Origin: Perkinsus chesapeaki ATCC PRA-425
Taxonomy: Eukaryota > Protista > Perkinsozoa
Direction: 5' to 3'
DNA: 64,000 nt
Assembly (NCBI GenBank): GCA_013115145.1
Contig: JAAPAO010000032.1
Coordinates: 1-64,000 of the forward strand
Shown here one piece after another: positions 54,096 through 64,000 of the stretch. The notes below the pieces were generated by a model, which worked only from the letters and a program-made list of their open reading frames with translations, had not been told where the DNA came from and searched no databases. The position numbers and the translations under genes are program-made. The first letter of the stretch is position 1; every line of letters starts with the position of its first letter.

Positions 54096-55200
54096 ATGTC
54101 ACCCGTGACAGAAGCTGAAGATTTATTTACACTTGTATGTGATATCGATGAAGCATGCTGTATGTTATGTGAAGATGGTAGAAAGAGTACAGCTTCAACA
54201 TCATCACAGAAGGATATGATACAAGCATCCAAAAAGATAGGAATAGAATGAATTAGTAGTTGGAAAGGGAGGTGGAAGGCTTCAAAGTGGCGTTTATTCA
54301 AGTTATAATGATCCGTAATAGCAGCTTTAAGGCAAATACAACAATCCGCTTATATTCAGATTATTGTTCAGTCTTTGGATCCTATCACAAAGTGAAGATG
54401 TAGATTTAATAGAACCATCTTTAATAGATGATATTAATGTATAGATTCAACTAAAAAGGCCATTTAATACATTAAATATAATCTATGCACTGGATCATCA
54501 GTAGATGATAGAGTGATTCGTATTGGTAAGGATGAATTGGTGGGTTATCTATAATATAATAATAATTAGGATGAATTGGCTTCTTGAAGGCAGTTATCTC
54601 TATTTATTACAGTTTATTTACCATCTCAAACACCAGTCTCACAGATGGATGGGTAAGGTATCACTATTATCGTGATCATAATAATAATCACTTTCATGTA
54701 GATATTGGATTCATTCATCACATGTATCGAATCCTCATTATAATGCATCACTTGGTGGTACAAAAGGTAATTGGAGAATTGATAATCCAACAGATGGTAA
54801 TATTAAGGATAACAACACATGTGATGTAATAATAATAATACTAATAATTCATATATTAATAATAATACATCAACTTTAGGCAGTTTGTCTGGAATGGAGA
54901 CGTTTGATAGGTTTTCGTATAAATGAACCTCCACCAGGTAAAAGTACAAATTGTCAATAGGGAATAAGGAAAGGACAATGCCCTCAAATGTAACTACTAC
55001 TATAGATAACAGTTGACTTTATTATTATTATTGATATGAAGTACATATTCTTAGATATACTAAAGAAAATATTAAGGGTGGATCAGAATCATTTATATAT
55101 TATGGGCATGGATATGCTGGAGCACGAAATTATATAATAGCTGATAACTGTCAATGGTCACAAACTGATGATAGTTATGATTCAGATGATAACTATTGAC
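54096..55200 (+). other. Unresolved multi-exon hypothetical gene or pseudogene
   Basis: Exon-like segments between GT-AG AT-rich introns, but no clean continuous frame could be assembled. Confidence 0.3.
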
Positions 55201-55438
55201 ATGACGATATCTTGATGTCATCATGGGCAACAACCCTATAGCCTGCCATGATGATGATATATATGCGGAGAGGAACGCTGCCCCCGCCCCCCCAACATAT
55301 CGATTCGAATGTCATTATTCAACTCCCTTATGTGTTTCTTCTTGTTCTTGTTGTTGTTGTCCTCTTTCTACGTTTCTACCACCAATAATAGAGTTATTTA
55401 TGCTTTAAGTCATGAATATGTGTAACTAGTTTATAATA

Positions 55439-57121
55439 ATGTCATTACCGTTGTATGATGTAACCATTAGTAATAAGAATGATGTTATTCACACCTTAGT
55501 CAAGCAGCATAGCAACGCTGTTGTTGATGATGATGATATTGGTGATAAAGATAAACATGTTGATAATATAACACCATTGAAGGTAAAGCATATAGTAGTA
55601 TTACACAATAATAGTGTAGGAGACACCACCACCCACGAGAAGGCGTGAAGGTGATAGAATATCGGTATATGAAGGGCAGCAGCAGCAGCAACAACAAGAA
55701 CAGGAACTACATGAAAGAGCTATGCAAAGGGTACTCCTCGAAAGGCGTGCTTTATCTAGAGATATGGTAGATGAATATTATTATTAGTGAATATATACGT
55801 GTAGTTGTTATATTATAAGGTACGATTACAAGACTCACTTATGGCTAAGACACAAGAGAATCTTTTATTACGGGGTAAGCTTGGTATAGCTGAATTAGAG
55901 CTAGATAGAAAAGATGAGGTCACTAAAGAATGTATAGCACAAATCAAAAAGTAACATAAATACAATATTCAATATTATTATAATTAATATTAGATTACAT
56001 ACTGAGAATAATCGGTTACAATGTATATTGGATACAGCAGCTGTTGGATCACATATAGGTTAGTATTATAAGTGTATTACTAATTATTAATTAAATCATG
56101 GGATATAATTCAGGAAAAAAGAATGATTTACTACCTGCATCATCATCATTATCAACTATAGCGGGTAAGAGTAATGGAGAGGATTGTTGTGGTATAATAC
56201 CACAGAGTAAGCCAATGTCAGCTGAGGTAAGCAGTTTATATCATCCCAACAAGAAGAACAAGAAGAACAAGTAAAGGTATGTATTGTTATTTAGGAAGAA
56301 TACTTTCGTATGGTAGTATTAGCTGCTAAACTCAATTCAACTTACCTTGATAATCTTGGACTATTCGATCCTAAACACCTTTATCAAAGAGCATGTGAAG
56401 AAAAAGTAAGCCCACTACTGCTGCTGCAACAGCATTGTATATGCGTGCATTAATATTGTGTTATTGTCCCCTCCTCCACGTAGGTACCGTTCCATCAATG
56501 GCATAAATGGGTTGAATCACAAATGATAAGAGGAGTACATCTTTCAATAATACACTTACCTATATCCTCTTATCAGATTTATCGACCATTGGCTGGCCCC
56601 TCTCCAAATGCCCAACAGTGCCCAATAGGAGGAGGAGGTACACGTGGTACCTGTTGTGTGCCAGCAGCAGCAGGAGGGGATGGTATAGAATATAGCCAAC
56701 ATACCATAACATTAATGTTAGGCACCAATGGCAGTGGCGGTGGTGGATTCTTTGGTAATCGTTTGCAACTGCCTGATAGGGTAAATGGTATATTTAGTTC
56801 TATATCAAAGAAGGTAATACTCCCTCCTACTCTTGAACATGAACTTTTTATTAGGTTACCCGACAAAGTCATCATGATACACCCAAAGCTGTTCGTCGGA
56901 GGTCTACCCGAAGGAGGAGAGCTGCTTCATTGGAGATAACACCTAGGGGCTTAAGTAGATCGAGTGAAGATGAAGAGGAAGAAGGTGTTGATGATAATAA
57001 TACCAACGATGTGACAAGCCCAGAAGGGGGTATGTCTAAATCAAGTGGCAAAGCCGCTGCTGTTATGAATCGTAATTATCATTATCGAAAGCAAGTGAGC
57101 ACAGCAGCAGCTGTACATTAA
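55439..57121 (+). CDS. Coiled-coil hypothetical protein (multi-exon)
   Basis: Exons chain in frame; coiled-coil segment ERAMQRVLLERRAL, motif LYQRACEEK/VPFHQWHKWVESQ, stop at 57121. Confidence 0.6.
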
Positions 57122-57308
57122 TGCATTTAACATGCCACAATTGCTTTAGGCATAGGTCCTATTACTGTTGAGTTGTCATCATTAATGCATTTAACATGCC
57201 ATAATTGCTTTAGGCATAGGTCCTATTACTGTTGAGTTATCATCATTAATGCATTTAACATGCCATAATTGCTTTAGGCATATGTCCTATTACTGTTGAG
57301 TTGTAATC
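57117..57308. repeat. Three tandem copies of a 64-bp unit
   Basis: Units start at 57117, 57181 and 57245 (ATTAATGCATTTAACATGCC...GTTGAGTTGTCATC) with 1-3 substitutions each. Confidence 0.95.
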
Positions 57309-57399
57309 ATTAGTGTTTAGTTATCATTGTTAATTCATATATCATCAACAAGATTAGAATGTACTTTATTGTCCTATTTGGTCTCATACAAATAATACA

Positions 57400-60300
57400 A
57401 TGTATAAGAGTAGATGATATAGATCCAACACTGCTACAAAACTCTGATATGATAGCATATTCAACGTAAGCTTATGTGATTATAACCTCAAGGTGGTGAT
57501 AATAATAGCAACAACTCAGTAGTCATCTTTAGCTTTCCACGCTATCGAACAACTTATAAGGAGTGCACTAAATATAACAATAATGAAGAGTATGGACTAA
57601 GGTGTAGGACACACGGTGTCGTTGAACCGATCGTCGATGATTATTGGTCAATGCTTGATGAACCCCTACCCGACTACGATCATGATGATCATGATGACAC
57701 CGATGTGAAAATAGCCATTGTCATATCACGACTATCTCACCTATTACGAGAGTCTATGGTACAATTAAATCCCCCTACTAGAAGAATGATAAATGATGCA
57801 CTTGAAGGGTTACTGCAGCATGATGTTGAAGATCTTATCAATAACGGATGGCATCACACCTTATTTGGGCTTTTAGACCAGTTAGGTGGGATAAGCTCTA
57901 TTCTCACTGGTAACATTATGACGGAATACTCCACACTCTTAAATATATAGTTTAGATGATTCATGGATGGAATGGAGTCAACATATGCAATCATACGATA
58001 AAACAGATATAGACAAGTATTTGAACATATCGTACAAGAACACATCAGCTCCTATAGCGGATATAATACTTGAAGTATCCGATGAAGGTGGTTGCGAGAC
58101 TTCTATCCGACGTATAGGTCGGTATACGACGGACAACCCCGCTGCTGCTGCTGCTCTATACTGACGGTTAGGTGTGGGACTGGGTTATATCATCAAGGGA
58201 CTACCAAACGATGGTCAAGAACAATATGGTCCTATTGCCAAAAGATTAATACCCAGGATAAGTACATTGATAGAGAAGAGCAGTTGTGATTGGGGGAAGT
58301 TAACAGTTAATCATGATGAAGTTATACGTCAACTGTGAGATATAACGACAGCCCTCGAGACATCTGAATGCATGCTGCTGTTACTCAGGGCATATCTACC
58401 TTCACCGTTGTCGACCATGGATACCACAGCAACAGCAGCAGCAGCACCCTCCTTCTATGTTCCCCTTATAATACCATATACCCTACGTAAACGCCTATGT
58501 GGGAATATTACACAATTTCATTATGGTCCTCTTGATTACAAAGGCAGGACAGTCCGCATTGTAGCTGTTGATGGATGGTTGGTTGAAGATCCTACTAGTA
58601 CAGTGTTATTGTCTAATATTGTTGTTGACAAGGTGATGTTCAAACTTCTAACCATACTTTAATCAATAGTTATCAGTTACATATACCAGCCTCAAAAACA
58701 TCAGGTTTTGTAGAAGTTCTCCTTCGTGATGACCTTTCCACTTCCCCCCCTGATAGTCCATATTATATTGCTAAAGCTGAGTGGATGTGTCGTTTTCATG
58801 GAGTTGGACCGAGTATACAAGCAACAAGTGTATCCCTCTTAGATGGACAAATCATCTTCATAAGGTCAACAACAACAACGACAACATTGCTAGTTTATTA
58901 GAAGCTATGACCTCAACTCTTAGATGCCCTTTGCCATCATCCATTGGCCCCTTTATTGATGAATTGTACAGCAAGAACTCTTTACCTAATACTACTGGTC
59001 TTGAGCTTATACCTATGCCATGGTCTCAACTAACTACAGAAGTCTCTCCAATTGGGGAGTAAGAGGAAATAATAATATGTGACATACATACATATATCTT
59101 GCATCCAGTTACCTCTCCAAATGGAAAATAGGTCCTATCCCTCTGTGTTCAGGGGGTATCGATACACCAAAGACTATTCCAATAATGATTGATGAATATC
59201 ATCATAAGGAAATAGTGACTAACAGGACTTTGTTAGGAGAGGCTTTAATGAATCCGGCTTGTCACTGATAATTTTTAGCGCAAGTATATCTGAGCCCTAT
59301 CCACTTGCAATTTGTGCAATATACGACCCTAAACTGGAACCTAGTGTAGATCTAGGAGGCTTGGTTGGATGGATCATGTACCATCTCAGTATAAATATTG
59401 AGAAGATATCGATGTGAGACTATCATTAACAACACCTTTACAACAATCAAACGGTTTGTAGATATGCTATAGATATGCGTGAACCACCATATGGCCAGAT
59501 TGAAGAATTAATTTCAGATCTTTCAGTCGAGTGGCATTCAATCAATTCAACGCACGAAGTCGATACTGCTATGGTGATGCGGAAGCCTGACTCATTTAAA
59601 TATCTTTCTTTAGACCGCTTGCTCTTGGTCTCTACGTGGCATAGCTCACAGAGTTGCCTTCCTTCAAGCTAATATTGATTATTTAACTAACGAAAGAGGT
59701 AATGTTCGCTTATTGCTTATTAGTTTAGTGCCATATTACAGGCACTATCAGGAGCGTTACAAAGGACATCATCCCAAAGTTAACTGCTGCTGCATTTTCA
59801 ATTCATGACGATAATGCCGCCGCAGTTATTGAGTTACCTCGATATGGGTATCTAAAGTGAATATATACACTTGATAGTGATAGTAAGATACTTAACCTTA
59901 ACGTCCTCATCACGGTACCCCTTGGAGATTAGTGATGTAGAGAGTGGTATCTCTAGATTGGGTATGAACAGAAGGTAAACGACGAGCCGAACGGACGTGT
60001 AACGTGGAGCGATTGAACGTATTGTAGGTTTGGCTCAATTATAGCACCACCAACAATAGTGGTGTATGTTAGTGTACATACTTCAAGTAACTATGCTGAA
60101 GGATTGTATTCATTTCATGTAAATACAAGACCAGGTTAGTAGTAGCTTTATGACATACTTGTAACATAAATGATGTTAACAGGCACTCTTTATATAGATG
60201 ATGTACCAGGAGAAGTGGTTCGGCTTAATTGTTATTGCATTCATAGAGAACGACTCTTGACAGTTGAATTGTATAACAGCGGTGATCATATCACCCCGTG

Positions 60301-60560
60301 GTCTAAGATTACCATACAACACTTTAAAACTAAACTCGTGGATTTCAGGTCTTAACATCCGAAGAATTGAAATATGTATATTTTTATTTAGGAAAGAGCT
60401 CAGGAAATATCGACAATATATTAACCAAAAAGATACTGCTAGAGAACATACCAAAGCTAATGTGAGCGTAATATGGTTTATGATTCATCATTCAGTGTTC
60501 AGGATGTCTTACCCTCTACTTCGGACAACGATGGTGTTATGGGTATCCCGAGTATGAAAC
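57400..60560 (+). other. Large, degenerate or unresolved multi-exon hypothetical coding region
   Basis: Series of + strand ORF pieces (57651-59672) with intron-like gaps and several stops; no recognised domain. Confidence 0.3.
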
Positions 60561-61077
60561 ATGGAACTTTCCCGGCAAGCATGACCCATTCTGAGCTGTA
60601 AAATAATATTCTCTCAGTCCCAGCCTATATATTGAGTTATTATTGTCTTGAGGCTTTCTATTGTACTATTTGATGCAACATAATAATTGTAACTTGTACT
60701 CTGTATAGTTCCGAGATGCGAGTATGTGCGTTTGTGACGCGGAAGTGATTAATTTATACTTTCAATGTAAACACAAGCGATGATGTGATTCTAAGATTCA
60801 AAGGAGAATCAGACTGTTGGTCTAGTATAGCCTATGTTTAAGTAACAACTGCTTTAAACTTATAGTTAGAGGACGCCGCCACTGTCATCACACTCAAACA
60901 GCTAGCCAGCACTACTTAGAATTATTATTGGAAATATAAAGTTTTAATGACGACTTTGACATACACAAACCCTATGGGGTAGTTCTCGTAGCAGAAGAGT
61001 ATTCGACGACGCTAAGTCATAACAAATCATCCACATCGTTAAAGACTTGCTAAGTGAACCCATTAACGACGCTTGCC

Positions 61078-62522
61078 TCAGGCTCTATGAAAAGGAAAAG
61101 ACGGCTCCTTCAGAATTCCACAAACACCTGAAGAGGGAACTGTGTTATCCTACACTGCTTGGCAACTCACCATCTTCAGAGTCATCAATTGCTATCCTAA
61201 TATAGCCGTCTTCACCCCATTTCTCGCCCCATGAGTTCTTCACTAGATAGTATCTGAGATAACTTACGTGTGAATATAACTTCTTTATTATGCCACGCTT
61301 ACGGTTGCTCAGAATTCATGTTGTACCCGACAAGTAAAGCACCATGGTTTATCGATGTCCCACAACCAGCTAATTAAGTAGCACAAAGCAGTGTACACCA
61401 ATAGTATTGCTGCTGCCTTACAATCGAGGACCCCTCCCTTATATAACTGAAATACACCTGTCCCATCAAGCCCGACTGTCACTGGCCCAGCTTCTACAAC
61501 GGCTTGCAGGAGACCTTTTTTGGATCCAGCCTTTACGATACGGTATCCAATGGTATGTGGCTGAACGCAGAGCATATGAACATGAGCAATAGTAGAATGA
61601 TGATGCACTTTCACGTCATTATCTTCGTTGGGTCATACCCAGTTGCTCACCTTAATAACCCTCTTCACTCCGGTGATGTTGCATGTACTCTGGCTGGCTG
61701 TATACGGGTAGTCCTTTTCGGATCCAAGACCATGGTCGTTGACGTATCGGAAGGCCTGTAGTTCGAGCCCACCACGGCAGCCCCTGAGGTATTCCTTTAC
61801 CGATTCACGCGCTATACCCAAAACATGGACTTATCTTACTGATTGCCATAAGGTGTCGAGCAGCTAACTAGCTCTTGCTCTGATAGAGATACAAGATCTC
61901 CTGTTACATTCTTATGAACTGCTTCAAGAGATCCTGGGAAAGGAATGATAGAGGTAGGACTGTTGCTTCTCTTATACCAGTAGTCGAGAAAGCCCAACAA
62001 CTTCCACAGTAACCTTGGTTCTTTACTCCAGTCACCCAACCTTTGTCGACATAGTTCATAGTGTCTGGAATGCCTGAAATCTGAGACGCGCTGTAGTTGG
62101 TTATAAGGAACCCTGAATTCTGAGATTAGAACTATAAGATAGGATTCTTACCAGAAGAGCGAAGATAGTTAAGGTATCCACCATAGAACCTTGATGTCAT
62201 ACGTTCCTCGAACTCTGCTCTTGTTAGATGAGTGAATGGAGTGATGCCGAGCTTGTAAGATAGACCTTACAATGCTTAAACTGTAGTAGGTAGATAGATG
62301 AAATACCTTGGCTATTAACTTCATTTATATACTCAATGTTGCTTTTGAATACTTCGAATCTATAGTCATCATCAGAACCAAAGTCGAGCTTGTGTCTGAT
62401 GAAAGATCAAATGACAGAGTAATCAGCACTTCTAACTCTTTCTTGTATGATGCAAACATATCAATATCTTGAGTGCATCCCACCGCCACGAGAACGATAG
62501 AAAGTATTGAAGCTCGCATCAT
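61078..62522 (-). CDS. Cathepsin L-like papain (C1A) cysteine protease, intact preproenzyme (multi-exon)
   Basis: Signal peptide, prodomain, then [17 protein letters not shown] (Cys), [20 protein letters not shown] (His), [14 protein letters not shown] (Asn), [12 protein letters not shown]. Confidence 0.95.
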
Positions 62523-63479
62523 GCCGAGGGGTTAAAAATGGCATTGTAGTTTAGTCTTCACGAGTTCAGCTATGTCACAATCGAGCATGCATGCAAAGTA
62601 ACGCCGCCCTGCTTCAACTCACGGGTTCTCTTATTCCACTTATTATATGGATTTTAATGTCCAATTTATGGGCTGTAAGACAAACTCAAATGGCATCAAA
62701 TGGCGCTTAATAAAACTCATATATAATAAAACGTTTTCAGGGTTGCTCATTTGTTGAGTGTCATGATGCATGAAACCAAGCGCCACGCACGTATCCGATT
62801 GCACTGTGCATCACGGTCTAATCACCCGAACAGTGTAGGGTACTAGACCTAGCTCCGGATGCTCGAATGTCTACAATCGGCAAGGCTGTTAGACTGTTAC
62901 ATTCCGATGGCATACCACAAATGCCCGGGAGACAAATTGTCCACAATGGACAGTGTGACAATATTTGGGGGTGACATCATGTGACTCATACTACGCTCTA
63001 CCGACTCTCATTCCCAAATGAAAGCATTAATCGTTAGCAAGTTTCGGCCCTGAGATATGTTATAGCCATATATCATCACCACATTGCCATGGTGCAATTG
63101 TATACATGGCATGACAAGAGAATCTCACCCAGGGGCTAGATCAAGTCTAGTAGAGTTTGCTTAGTAAGCCAAGACTCGATAACAGCTCACTAAGGCCTTA
63201 CTCATGTATTACTGCTGGTAGTAGCATGCATTACCGCTTTTTGTCGTTCGCTACAACTGAGCTCCTTGTTGGAGTTCTACTATCGAATTGCCACTCTACC
63301 AGTCCAGTCTAGTTACATCAGAGTTTACTAAGAAGTTTTTCTTTCCGGCGTGCTTAGAACGGCCGGTCGCTCGTCTAGTCAGAATTCAACAACATCACGT
63401 TCATGCTGCATTCGGGCTCCTACCCATCTATTGTCTACATTGAGCTTGTTGAGTTTAATAGGTAATAGTGTAACGTGAT

Positions 63480-64000
63480 AGGCGGAGTACTGGATAACAC
63501 AACTAATGAATCAGGGAAGATATCTTCATGAATTTATTGAAAAGCATTATTCCTTCAATCTAGTCCATGTTTGATTACATTGCCATACAATCTTAATACA
63601 GTTATCTTTAACGTCGACACTGCCAGTAACAATACGTCCAGAATTAGTAAAGACACATCCAAGAGATTCCATACTATCTGGTTCTATACCAACCATTATA
63701 TCTGATAGACCCCATTTACCACTTAAAACATATCCACCTAATAAGATAACATTAAGATAGCAGCTGAGTAACTTAGTAATGAGTAATCACTTGATGATTT
63801 AACGGGATGGAATAATATTCCTGGAACGCCTACATGGGTATCATATGATCCAACCAATTGCTGAACTTTACTGGGAAATAATGATTCCTAATAATAAAAT
63901 ATTGAGTTGAATGAATAATATATTGAATAACACTGACCTCAGTAAGCAAGTCATTGCTAGATACATTACTAGTAGTAGTACTAGCAAACTCCTTACTAAT
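63480..64000 (-). other. 3' part of an unidentified minus-strand gene entering from the window edge
   Basis: Exon-like GGYVLSGKWGLSDIMVGIEPDSMESLGCVFTNSG flanked by AT-rich introns. Confidence 0.3.

Noticed and set aside
9418-57308. Tandem repeats considered as possible CRISPR arrays
   Set aside because: No unique spacers; eukaryotic context; simple minisatellites.
62540-63480. GC-balanced intergenic stretch as a possible ncRNA locus
   Set aside because: No snRNA, SL, tRNA or rRNA motif recognised; a covariance search would be needed.

Overview
Eukaryotic, intron-rich scaffold, most likely from a perkinsid alveolate (Perkinsus-like). This is an inference from the short ~40-60 nt GT-AG introns plus a Kelch13 and a MyoH-type myosin. 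Positions 1-5.45 kb hold a GC-balanced Ty3/gypsy LTR retrotransposon on the minus strand; its gag-pol frame runs off the window edge and is interrupted in gag by two small inverted/duplicated insertions. From about 6.2 to 57.3 kb is a very AT-rich, tightly packed block of multi-exon genes: a degenerate DHODH-like protein, an MG-starting coiled-coil protein with SKEGYN repeats, a single gene fusing prephenate/arogenate dehydratase + TyrA dehydrogenase + class Ib aminotransferase, CutC, an FHA protein, a LEA_2-like membrane protein, a MAK5/DDX24 helicase, an MTG1-like GTPase, a 43-aa spliced microprotein, an IQ/RCC1-tail myosin, a GNAT, a PP4/PP6-like phosphatase, a TraB protein, a SMYD methyltransferase, Kelch13, a CHD remodeler and RRP36. 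After 57.4 kb the sequence is less AT-rich, with poorly resolved ORFs and an intact cathepsin L-like gene. The best candidates for novelty are the trifunctional Phe/Tyr (arogenate-route) enzyme, the apparently catalytically dead DHODH paralog, the K13 with changes at resistance-equivalent positions, and three tRNA-3'-half-like elements just upstream of genes. Exon structures were assembled by eye, so gene ends are approximate where stated.
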